Shown here piece by piece: positions 43,526 through 52,446 of a DNA stretch of 64,000 bases. Every line of letters begins with the position of its first letter. Within the stretch, counting starts at the first letter, position 1. The notes beneath the pieces are model-generated. The model worked only from the letters and a program-made list of their open reading frames with translations, ran no database searches and was not told the DNA's origin. The translations under genes were made by a program, and so were the position numbers. This stretch comes from Desulfatiglandales bacterium (GTDB lineage Bacteria; Desulfobacterota; DSM-4660; Desulfatiglandales; Desulfatiglandaceae): NCBI GenBank assembly GCA_963662465.1, contig OY759599.1:5216001-5280000 (forward strand). The letters are read 5' to 3'.

Positions 43526-45742
43526 TCACTTCGCCCGGATAGTGCCGGAACAAATGACGGTCTTGTCCCTGGCTGTGAAGACCCCCTCCACCTCGGTGAC
43601 GCCGGTATTGGAGATGAAACTCGGGTCATAGCCCCATTCGATGGTGAGGGTCTTGCCTGCATCCACCGTGGTATCACCCAAAAAGACCTCGGCCGCCACC
43701 TTGATGAGGGCCTTATCTTGAACTCCGCTCACGGCCTCGCCTATGGTGTGATAGCAGGGGCTCAGCCCCCCGCAGTCGCCGCTGCTTACATACACGGTTA
43801 GGAGGTTCCGGTAGGTGGCCGTAACTGTCACGTCTCCTTCCGGCATGGTGACCGTGGTGTTGGCGCTGGTGACATTGGCCACATAAGCGGTCTGTCCGAT
43901 CCATTTGTCAAAAACCTTGCCCTGGGCGGGCGGAGCAGCCGCGATACCCACCACCTGGCCGGCTTCGTAGAGCCCACCGCCCGTTCCGCTGACAACCGTA
44001 AGGGTATACTGTTCAACGGGTGTATCCTTGTAGGTGGCCGTGACCGTCACGTCCTCTTCCAGCATGGTCACGGTGGTATTGGCACTGTCAGGATTGGCCA
44101 AATGGGCCGTCTGTCCGATCCATTTGTCAAAAACCTTGCCTTGAAGCGGCGCACCGGCGGCAACATTTATGACTTTTCCGGCTTCATACTCACCGCTTCC
44201 CGTACCCCCATTCACAATCAGGACGTAGGTCCGCAGAAAGTCAACACTCACCGTGCAGAAAGCTGTAATGGCATTTGTGGTATAGGTGTCGCCGTTTCGT
44301 GTGCCACCGCAATCTCCGCCGAAATCAACGACCTGATAGTGATCGTTGGGAACGGCCGTACAAAGGCTTGTCTCGCCATCGGGTACGGGATTCGGGTTGC
44401 AGCTTAACACACCGCCCCAAAGGGGATTGGGCGCTTCACCCAGTTGATGCGTCACCGGGACATCCACCTGACATAAGTAACCGACAATCGAAGCCCCCGA
44501 AGACATAGTCAGCCGCTTATAGTAAAGTTTTCCGAGACCGACATCAATGGTGGAATTGGGCGACAAGTATATTTCTTCAATGTAGTGGACATGATAAGAA
44601 CCGTCGTAGTCCGAGAGTTTAAGAGTGAGACCTTCCTCGTTGGTATTGCCCACACTGACCTTTTTCAAAGCATTGTTGGCATCAAATCCCTCCGCGACGC
44701 ATCCCCGATCTTCCGACGAGCAGTTGTGGAGCCACTTGGATGTGGTGTTGTCCTCAAAGACAAATTCGGTATTCCCCAAGCCGGTTCCATCCACAAGAGA
44801 CGAAATGGCCAAAGCCTGGCTCAGCCTAACAACGGTACCGTCGGGGGCATTGTAGGTGGGCATCCCACCCCCTTCATTATCATCCATAAAGCCCAGGTAT
44901 TGCAGATGTATCTCCACCGGCGAAAAGATGTTCAGGGTGCTCGACTCGTTGTGCAGAAAAACGCCCGTATCCGAGCCGTCACACGCTTTGATGGTTGCGG
45001 AATCATAAATTTCAACGGTTCCCTGATAATGTATATTGAAGGTTTTGGCCTGCAGTTGCGCATTTTCTTTCAGCTTCAGCAAACTGGACTGACCCATGAC
45101 ATTGAGGTCCCCGCACACCTTCGCCTGCGACGTCCCACCGATGGTGGCCTCCCCTTCATTCAACACCGCCAGGGCACTGGTGTCAAGAGTTCCTCCTGTC
45201 ATTTTGAATTGGCCGCCTGTTATAGAACTTGAAGGATCATCACCCAGCACCACGGTGCCCGTAATGGTTCCGCCACCCTGGGTCAACACCCCATCCGAAC
45301 AAACATAGACACAGCTATTTAACGTGCCGCCCGAAACACTGAGATGCCCCCCCGAGGAGAGTTTACCGCCACCATGAAAACCATTGCCCACTTCGGTGTG
45401 GCTCACAGTAACTTCACCACCCGTTATATCCAATCCTCCTACATCGGAAATGACATAGAGGTTGGTCAAAGAGACAGACTCTTGAATCACCGCCACACCT
45501 CCGCAAAACACCCCTGCGGAAGAAGCATATGTTGGGACCAGTTCACCCTTGTCCCAACATGGAAAAGATTCGAAATCCGCATATTGCCACCACTCATAAG
45601 AGAACTCGCCCATAACCCCTTGCGGCCAGATGTAGGCCTTTTCAGCATATACCGCCATGGGGAACAGCAGAACCGTCAAAAAAACGGATACAAAAACGCC
45701 CGCTACAAACATCCTTATAAATGTCAACACTAATTTCATCAT
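43526..45742 (-). CDS. secreted/surface protein: beta-helix-like region + 2 InlB B-type repeats + C-terminal domain
   Basis: Start MMKLV (45742/45739) after GGAGG; signal peptide; Gly-rich beta repeats; two ~73-aa repeats containing GKVFDKWIGQTA...ANTTVTM...VTVTATY. Confidence 0.75.
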   Translation of the reverse strand: MMKLVLTFIRMFVAGVFVSVFLTVLLFPMAVYAEKAYIWPQGVMGEFSYEWWQYADFESFPCWDKGELVPTYASSAGVFCGGVAVIQESVSLTNLYVISDVGGLDITGGEVTVSHTEVGNGFHGGGKLSSGGHLSVSGGTLNSCVYVCSDGVLTQGGGTITGTVVLGDDPSSSITGGQFKMTGGTLDTSALAVLNEGEATIGGTSQAKVCGDLNVMGQSSLLKLKENAQLQAKTFNIHYQGTVEIYDSATIKACDGSDTGVFLHNESSTLNIFSPVEIHLQYLGFMDDNEGGGMPTYNAPDGTVVRLSQALAISSLVDGTGLGNTEFVFEDNTTSKWLHNCSSEDRGCVAEGFDANNALKKVSVGNTNEEGLTLKLSDYDGSYHVHYIEEIYLSPNSTIDVGLGKLYYKRLTMSSGASIVGYLCQVDVPVTHQLGEAPNPLWGGVLSCNPNPVPDGETSLCTAVPNDHYQVVDFGGDCGGTRNGDTYTTNAITAFCTVSVDFLRTYVLIVNGGTGSGEYEAGKVINVAAGAPLQGKVFDKWIGQTAHLANPDSANTTVTMLEEDVTVTATYKDTPVEQYTLTVVSGTGGGLYEAGQVVGIAAAPPAQGKVFDKWIGQTAYVANVTSANTTVTMPEGDVTVTATYRNLLTVYVSSGDCGGLSPCYHTIGEAVSGVQDKALIKVAAEVFLGDTTVDAGKTLTIEWGYDPSFISNTGVTEVEGVFTARDKTVICSGTIRAK

Positions 45743-45882
45743 TTGACCTCCCACACGCAAAATGAATGACTTGAACCCTGCCCATACCATGGTGTACTGA
45801 CAAATCACTGACAAAGCCGAACTGAAGTTTCCGATCGCGGGAATGGGCGAGGCGTTTCTGAAACCTTTTCGGGCGGGTGATC

Positions 45883-48800
45883 TCATCGGTTCAGGGGGAT
45901 CGGAGACTCGGGGGTATGCTTGATTTCCCGGTAAAGGTTCCACAACGGAAGTCCCGGTGCAATTCCCAGCTCGGTTTCCAGGGCTTCGCGGCATTTAAAG
46001 TAGGCCCGCACGGCCCGGACACGGTCGTTTGAGGCGAACAGGGATTTCATTAACAGAAGGGTTCCGTTTTCATCCCAGGGCTCCCGCGTAAGGAGCGCCT
46101 TTGCATAATGGATGCTCAGGTCATAGTCATGGTCATGGAAATGCTCGTCGGCCAGAATCCACAGGCAGCGGTTGAATTGTTCGGAAAATTTTTCCCGGAA
46201 GGGAAATGTCCACTCCTCGAAAACATCCTCCAAAAGAAAATCGTTCCGGTACAGGTCCAGCGCCGATTCAAGGGTTTCAACAGCCAGTTTGCGGTCCCCT
46301 GCGTCCAGGAGTTTTTGAACCCGGCCGCACCGCTCTTCAAAACAAAGAGCATCCACAACAGAGCCTTGGGGAAGCTTGAACCGGTAGGCCTGGCCGTTGA
46401 CGCACAGATAGGCCGAGGCGCGCCGGGCGGAGATTCCCGGCTCGAGGGTGGTTCGAAGGGAACTGACGGCCTGATGGAAAAGGATGCGCGCTTTTGCGGT
46501 ATCCACGTCCTGAAAGAACCGATCCAGCAACTGTTCCTGCGGTATGTCCCGGCCCGCATGAAAAACAAAAAACTTGAAAAGACTCTTGGCCGCCTTTCTG
46601 CGCCAGTGACGTCCGGTGATGTCTCGATTCCCCTGGATCACCCGGAAATTCCCCAGACAAAAAACCTTAAGGGGCAGGGGGGGCAGGGCCCGGAGCCGTT
46701 TCAGGGTCAACGTAGCGGCCTGACGAACCGGAGAGGATACTTCTTTTTTGAGGGAGAAAACGGATCTTTCGGCCTCCCGAATGCCCAAATCTGCCACGGC
46801 CTGAAGAGCCCTCAATTTGATATCGTCCCGGGAGTCCTGAAGATGCGCCAGGATGGCTTCCCGCCCTTCTTGATTGCCCCGATGCAACAAGAAGGCGGCG
46901 TAGGCAAAATGGGCCTCATGATCAAGGGCAAGGGGAAGCGTCTTTTGCGCATGGTGTTTTTCCCGTTTGAGAAACAGAAAATCGTAATGATGGGTCCTGC
47001 TGAGGGCCAAGGCCTTCAACAGATGGGATTCCGATTCAGCCCGGTTGCCCCCATCCAGGAGGACGGATGCCAGGAGCAGCCGGGTTCTGGATTCGCCGTA
47101 AGGCGTTCCGATGGTTTGCGCGGCAATCAGGCTTTGGTGCAACAAGCGAAGGGCTTCATCACTTCTCCCCGCTTCGGCGTAGGCCGGCGCCAACAGACAG
47201 AACATTTGAACGGTATTCCAGCATTGGTTTTTTTCCGCCGTATGCCGGACCGCCTTGGCCGCTTCCCGGAAAAAGGTTTCCGAATGGTCCTCCCCCAATG
47301 CCAGAAGCGCCTTGGCGGCTGTCAGGTCGTTTTCCCGCCAAAGCTTCGGCGCACTGGCCCCTTCAAAGGACTTCTCGGCCAGATCCACGGCCCGGCGGGC
47401 TTTTGGAAGTTGCGACATACACAGGGCCGTGAGGGCCAGTAGGGTGTAGGCCACGTTTAAATAAAGGGGATTGCCCTTTTCCCGCATGTCGCGCACCGAA
47501 GCTTCAAAAAGCCTTTCCGCTTCCCGGAAATCCCCTGTTTCGAACCGAAGATGCCCCATGAAACCGAGGGCTTGCCCGTAAAACATCTGAAAATCGACCT
47601 GGCGCAAACGGGCCAACGCGCTTTCCAGGCCTGCTTCGGCGGTTTCGAATCGTCCCAGAGGAAAATCAAAATGGGCGGCTTTCAAGACAAGCAACCGAAT
47701 GCCCAACTCCCCGTCCCGTAACACCAGCGGATGAGATCCCATTGCATTCCAAATGTTTTCGGCTTCGGTCGGACGATTTAAGTACATCAGGGCGCAAGCC
47801 TGAAAAAGGCGCAGCGGTATCAGAAAGGGGGACGTTTTATCAAGAATGGACTCGGCTTCCTCCGTCCTTTGAACGACCTTCACACAGTCCTCCCCGTAGT
47901 AGGCCAGTGCCATGAGGAAGTAGGCGGCTTTGGCGTAAATGGCCGGATTATTCTGCTGCCGGGCGAGGTAGAGCGCCTGCTCGAGCCGGGAGATGGCCTC
48001 CGACCACCGTCCCTTGAAGTAGTTTGCCCATCCTGTTGCAAAGAGAAGTATCGGCGATGCGAAAATCACGTGAGTTGAAATCCGTTCGGTCCAACGCAAT
48101 AAAGCGTCCGCGGAGGCCGTCTTGAGGATCTCATCCAGGGATGCTTCCAGAATCCCGGCGGCCCCCTGGTCATCTCCCGCCTCCAGCCGATGATGGAGGG
48201 CTTCCTGCCAGCGTCCCGCCTTCTCCAGGATTTGAGCCGCATTGCCATGGCGTTGCCGCAATTCCGATGTCGAACATTGGGTCTGCAGCCGAGTCAGAAG
48301 GAAATCCCGGAATAAATGGTGATAGCGAAAACGTTCTCCCCCGGCATCCACCGGGATCAGGAAGAGATTTCTGCGAATCAGTTCATCCAGCATAACCTTT
48401 GAATCCGATATTCCCAAAACCCCGTTGGCAACCTCTACATCCAAGTGTACCAAAATGCCGGTTTCCACCAGAAACACCCGAAGAGGGGCGGAAAGGCTTT
48501 TGAAAACATCGTCAAAAAGGGAATCGAAGAGCGTTTTTCGCTGCAGGCCGAATTGATCCAGCAGCCGGTCCGGATCAATCTGTAAACAATCGTCCAAGTG
48601 TTGCTGAAGTATGCGCACGGCCAACGGCCAGCCCTCAGTCACCCGAAAAGCGACCTCGACCTGTTGCATGGATAGCTTAAGGGTGCGGCACTCCCGGAAA
48701 AAAAGACCGATTTCCATTTCGGACATGCGAAGATCTTGATGGCCGAACTCCGCCACGCCGCCATATGCCTTGGCCCGGGCGCCGTCCAAAGCAGGTTTTC

Positions 48801-49299
48801 CACGGGAAGCAACGAGCAGGTGAAGATTCGAGGGTGCGTAACGGACGATCCGGTCAAAAAGATGCACCGCCTCCGGCGACCCATCTAGGGTGTGGAAATC
48901 GTCCAGGATGAGAAGCAGATGTTCCGGAAGCACTCGAAGGCAGGCATTGAAAAACTCCGGTATGACGGCCTTCAAAGCGCCTCCCGATTGAGTGGCCAGG
49001 CCCAGGGCCTCCCGGATACGTCGGGCGCTTGCGGGAACGCGTCGAATGATTCCTTCTCCCAGGCCTTGACAGAGCTGATTGACATCCCGGTCATCTTCGT
49101 CTAAGCCATACCAAACAAAAGGCATTTCAAGATGTTGTGCAAGTGCCGAAAAAAGAGTCGTTTTCCCGAAACCGGCGCCCGCTTCAACCAGAACCAAACG
49201 TCTGTTCAGGCGCTGCTTCAGACGTCTGATCAGATCCTTTCTAAAAAGGGTCGATTCCGGTATGGGCGGGGGCAACAGTTTATACTCGAAGGAGACCAT
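45883..49299 (-). CDS. MalT-like STAND ATPase/TPR regulator with C-terminal wHTH-BTAD (SARP) domain
   Basis: KLLPP, AGAGFGKTT, LILDDFH, TEGWP, RYHHLFRDFL; C-terminal LGNFRV...A.DLYR.DFL.ED...W...EPWDE...L..ELG..P. Confidence 0.85.
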   Translation of the reverse strand: MVSFEYKLLPPPIPESTLFRKDLIRRLKQRLNRRLVLVEAGAGFGKTTLFSALAQHLEMPFVWYGLDEDDRDVNQLCQGLGEGIIRRVPASARRIREALGLATQSGGALKAVIPEFFNACLRVLPEHLLLILDDFHTLDGSPEAVHLFDRIVRYAPSNLHLLVASRGKPALDGARAKAYGGVAEFGHQDLRMSEMEIGLFFRECRTLKLSMQQVEVAFRVTEGWPLAVRILQQHLDDCLQIDPDRLLDQFGLQRKTLFDSLFDDVFKSLSAPLRVFLVETGILVHLDVEVANGVLGISDSKVMLDELIRRNLFLIPVDAGGERFRYHHLFRDFLLTRLQTQCSTSELRQRHGNAAQILEKAGRWQEALHHRLEAGDDQGAAGILEASLDEILKTASADALLRWTERISTHVIFASPILLFATGWANYFKGRWSEAISRLEQALYLARQQNNPAIYAKAAYFLMALAYYGEDCVKVVQRTEEAESILDKTSPFLIPLRLFQACALMYLNRPTEAENIWNAMGSHPLVLRDGELGIRLLVLKAAHFDFPLGRFETAEAGLESALARLRQVDFQMFYGQALGFMGHLRFETGDFREAERLFEASVRDMREKGNPLYLNVAYTLLALTALCMSQLPKARRAVDLAEKSFEGASAPKLWRENDLTAAKALLALGEDHSETFFREAAKAVRHTAEKNQCWNTVQMFCLLAPAYAEAGRSDEALRLLHQSLIAAQTIGTPYGESRTRLLLASVLLDGGNRAESESHLLKALALSRTHHYDFLFLKREKHHAQKTLPLALDHEAHFAYAAFLLHRGNQEGREAILAHLQDSRDDIKLRALQAVADLGIREAERSVFSLKKEVSSPVRQAATLTLKRLRALPPLPLKVFCLGNFRVIQGNRDITGRHWRRKAAKSLFKFFVFHAGRDIPQEQLLDRFFQDVDTAKARILFHQAVSSLRTTLEPGISARRASAYLCVNGQAYRFKLPQGSVVDALCFEERCGRVQKLLDAGDRKLAVETLESALDLYRNDFLLEDVFEEWTFPFREKFSEQFNRCLWILADEHFHDHDYDLSIHYAKALLTREPWDENGTLLLMKSLFASNDRVRAVRAYFKCREALETELGIAPGLPLWNLYREIKHTPESPIPLNR

Positions 49300-49620
49300 T
49301 ATTCGGGGAATCCTTTTCCAGAGCGTGAAACGTCATTTTACGGAGGTATAGCTGGAATATATGGGGTCCCTGCCGCTATGTCAAGGATATCCCCACTATG
49401 AATTTGCGCAACCATTCAACTAATTGAATAAATCTGAAACAAACCAACCGTTTTACACTTGACCGAGCATGCGAAAAATGCGAGATTCGGGATTTTTCGC
49501 AAAAAAGCCCTCAGATTGGGGCGTTAGACAGATGCGGTTTTCCAGGGCTTTACCATCCCAGCCTCATTAAAGGGTAAAAAGAAAAGACGAAGTAGAACAA
49601 TTGAAAGGAAGGTAATCATC

Positions 49621-50193
49621 ATGCTTAGGAAACTCGTGGTCGGCCCCTACCAGGCCAACTGCTACATTCTGGGTTGCGATAAGACCAAAGAGGGGTTGGT
49701 CATCGACCCGGGAGATGAAGCCGTTCGCATTGTAACGGAAATTTCCAATTTAGGACTCAAAATTCGTTATATTCTCATCACGCACGGTCATGTGGACCAT
49801 GTGGGCGGCGCCCGGGAACTGAAAGAAATAACCGGCGCACCCGTATGGATACACCCTCAGGATGCGGGGGCCTTGGGCTTTCCGTCCGATGGAAATCTAT
49901 TTGAAGGCCAGGAAATCTCCTGGGGGAACTTCACCCTATCGGTGATCCACACGCCGGGCCATTCCACAGGCGGGGTCTGCTTTCACGCACCGGGGGTCGT
50001 ATTCACCGGGGACACCCTGTTTGCCGGCTCCATCGGGCGAACGGATTTTCCCGGCGGCAACCATGCGCAATTGATCCAGGGCGTCGTAAAAAAGATTTTT
50101 CCTCTGGGGGATGAATTGCGCGTATATCCAGGGCACGGTCCCCACAGCACCATCGGCCAGGAACGGAAATTTAACCCCTTTTTCAGGGGTTAG
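49621..50193 (+). CDS. MBL-fold metallo-hydrolase (glyoxalase II/YcbL-like)
   Basis: NCYI, IDPG, THGHVDHVG, HTPGH, GDTLF..SIGRTD.PG, PGHG. Confidence 0.9.
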   Translation: MLRKLVVGPYQANCYILGCDKTKEGLVIDPGDEAVRIVTEISNLGLKIRYILITHGHVDHVGGARELKEITGAPVWIHPQDAGALGFPSDGNLFEGQEISWGNFTLSVIHTPGHSTGGVCFHAPGVVFTGDTLFAGSIGRTDFPGGNHAQLIQGVVKKIFPLGDELRVYPGHGPHSTIGQERKFNPFFRG

Positions 50194-50217
50194 ATTCGAT
50201 TTTCGTCCCGAAAAACC

Positions 50218-50829
50218 TTACTCTTTTTCATAAAGGGCCAGGACCCCTTCCATGGGACTGAGTTCCTTCATGAGCCGAAACCCGGGATAACGGGGCATAA
50301 TTTTATGAAGCCCATAAACCATGTATATGGCCCCTTTCCTGGCTTTTTCCGCCAGCATATGGGCAAACTCCTCATGCATGATCAAATAAGTGTAAAACAG
50401 ATCAAAGTCGGCGAGCCCCAGGCGCGTTTCATGCGTAATTCGATCATGAACTGCTTCATCCGTGGCATCCCCGTGAAACAGAAAAACATTCTCACGGGGG
50501 GGCGCCATTCCCGCAGCCTTTAGGGTTTCCGACAGTTCCGGTCGCAGCAAATCATATTCATCCAGGGTCCACTCATCCAGTTCAACGCCAACGGAAATCC
50601 GTGCCAGATAACTGAAAAACAGGTTGACCCTGCCATCCGCGCATCCCAGATCCAAAAAAGCGCTCCGGCCGGGTATGATGAGCTTTTCCGCAATCAATTG
50701 CGTCGCACAAGCCAGAAGTTTTGTCAGATCCGTGGATCGCCTGAACCCCAAGGGGCCCACATCGCCCACCTTTCGAGCGTCAAAAAAATCAGCAATCTTT
50801 AAAAGGCTTTTTTTTGATCTAAAATCCAT
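50218..50829 (-). CDS. class I SAM-dependent methyltransferase-like protein
   Basis: FLDLGCADGR, GVELD, GD, FD.FY.Y. Confidence 0.65.
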   Translation of the reverse strand: MDFRSKKSLLKIADFFDARKVGDVGPLGFRRSTDLTKLLACATQLIAEKLIIPGRSAFLDLGCADGRVNLFFSYLARISVGVELDEWTLDEYDLLRPELSETLKAAGMAPPRENVFLFHGDATDEAVHDRITHETRLGLADFDLFYTYLIMHEEFAHMLAEKARKGAIYMVYGLHKIMPRYPGFRLMKELSPMEGVLALYEKE

Positions 50830-51350
50830 TGTCTAAAAACACTTTTTATCCGTTCATGCAATATGAACAGGCAGTTTATTTCCGCCCCTTCCATTTCCCG
50901 AAGTGCGTTGAGAGCGGAAGGTCGAACGCCATTGGTAATTTTTTTGCATATGTAGTTGATGCAGATCACATGCCGCGCCATGAGCAAACAACCCTTTTCA
51001 CCCAGGAAAAAACAACCATCCGCCTGCCGGCGTTCCTGGGGAAGCGACACCCCCAAAAGCAGATTAATCAAAAGGAGCCAGGCGTCATAACGGTTCTCCA
51101 GCCCTTTGCCGCAACAGGACCCGCCCTCTTCCAGGTCGCATTCTCTGCACAAATCCACCACGCCGATCGCAGCCATTTTGTTGCTGGAGGCCTTGACGGC
51201 CAATTCAAATTCGGCCAGAAGACCGGCAATGATGTCATCTTTGAGGAAAAGCGCGCGACCCGCCTGATAACAGGATTGGGCCCAGGCAATCTTTTCCACC
51301 ACAGGATGGTTAATGGATATGGGATGGGGTATGTTCACGGATATCTCCAT
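50799..51350 (-). CDS. Cys-rich YkgJ/CxxCxxCC-like protein
   Basis: CxxC...SCC...CFFLG..GC.L..R..ICINYIC. Confidence 0.55.
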   Translation of the reverse strand: MEISVNIPHPISINHPVVEKIAWAQSCYQAGRALFLKDDIIAGLLAEFELAVKASSNKMAAIGVVDLCRECDLEEGGSCCGKGLENRYDAWLLLINLLLGVSLPQERRQADGCFFLGEKGCLLMARHVICINYICKKITNGVRPSALNALREMEGAEINCLFILHERIKSVFRQWILDQKKAF

Positions 51351-51471
51351 ACGGCATTACATAATACGGAATTCCCTAAACTAGGAATCTTCCAATTTCG
51401 AGCCACGTAACAGAATCAAATGCGCTATCTTTTGTCAATACTTAAGTAAGACCCTCTCGAAGAATTAATCA

Positions 51472-51500
51472 TTGAGCCCCCAAAGACATTGTGCTATGAT
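51472..51500 (+). promoter_or_regulatory. putative sigma70 promoter (extended -10) upstream of the PLC-mutL-miaA genes
   Basis: TTGAGC, 17 bp, TGc-TATGAT. Confidence 0.45.
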
Positions 51501-51579
51501 GCTTTGGATCGGTTGATTCTTAATGATTTTCTTCCCAAGAAAACTTTAAAGAGCAGCGATAACAAGAGGTTTTGAATTC

Positions 51580-52446
51580 ATGGCCCTTTTTTTGAAGTTT
51601 GTTGTGTTTTTTGTCGGTTATCTCATTGTCCAAATCCTTCACCCTGAAAATGCCTTTGCATGGGGGCCGGGCGTTCACACGGCCATTGCATTGGGGACCC
51701 TTGATGCTGCCGCCCAACTGCTTCCCGCCATCGGCAGAACCATTGCCGCCTTTCCCATTGAATATCTGTACGGATCACTTTCCGCCGATTTTTTTATTGG
51801 AAAAGGCAAAAAGAAACGGGCGGGCGCCCCCCACAATTGGGAGGGCGGTTTCAAATTCCTGGGCGACGCAGGCAACGACCGCGAAGTGGCTTATGCCCTT
51901 GGCTTTCTCTCACATCTGGCGGCGGATGTTATCGCGCATAATTATTTTATTCCAAATCTCATCAGCGCTTACCCGGGAAAAGGAAAGATGGGACACTTGT
52001 TCTGGGAAGTACGATCCGACTATTTGATCGGGGCCGGGTACACCAGCATCGCCAACGGCGTCCTCAACATGGACCACCAGGTATGCGATGATCTGTTGCA
52101 GCTTCTCGACGGAAAGAAAAGAACCCGGCTTAAATCAAAAAAACGTGTTTTCACCCAAACCGTTAAATTTTCGGACTATCTTTACACAACCCGCAACCTG
52201 TTCTTTGAAACGCGGGCAGTGCGCGGACGCGTTTTCCATGAATATCTGGCCATGATGGTGGACCTTTCCCGCCGTTTGGTTTACGATCTCTTAAAACATC
52301 CTGAATCATCCCCCTGCTTACTCTATGATCCCATGGGCGCTAAAAACCTTCTGACGGCAAAGGGAAAACGATCTTTCCCCAGACTCTTCAGGACAGTAGC
52401 CACTGCACCTCAGTTCGATGTGGATGATAAACTCCTCTACTTATGA
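51580..52446 (+). CDS. zinc-dependent phospholipase C family protein
   Basis: AFA|WGPGVH, YLYGSLSAD, H.W, GFLSHLAADVIAHN, H.FWE. Confidence 0.8.
   Translation: MALFLKFVVFFVGYLIVQILHPENAFAWGPGVHTAIALGTLDAAAQLLPAIGRTIAAFPIEYLYGSLSADFFIGKGKKKRAGAPHNWEGGFKFLGDAGNDREVAYALGFLSHLAADVIAHNYFIPNLISAYPGKGKMGHLFWEVRSDYLIGAGYTSIANGVLNMDHQVCDDLLQLLDGKKRTRLKSKKRVFTQTVKFSDYLYTTRNLFFETRAVRGRVFHEYLAMMVDLSRRLVYDLLKHPESSPCLLYDPMGAKNLLTAKGKRSFPRLFRTVATAPQFDVDDKLLYL

Noticed and set aside
45743..45994. 84-aa N-terminal extension of the surface protein
   Set aside because: Overlaps the regulator 3' end; the RBS and signal peptide point to 45742/45739.
46108..47442. 444-aa plus-strand ORF (likewise 3497-4243, 52388-53146, 63101-63895 and many short ORFs)
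   Set aside because: Antisense or alternate-frame shadows of well-supported genes, with no recognisable motifs.
49414..49500. Inverted repeats ATTCAA-ctaa-TTGAAT and GCGAAAAAT...ATTTTTCGC in a divergent intergenic region
   Set aside because: Short, not assignable to a known regulator or riboswitch, and could be chance.
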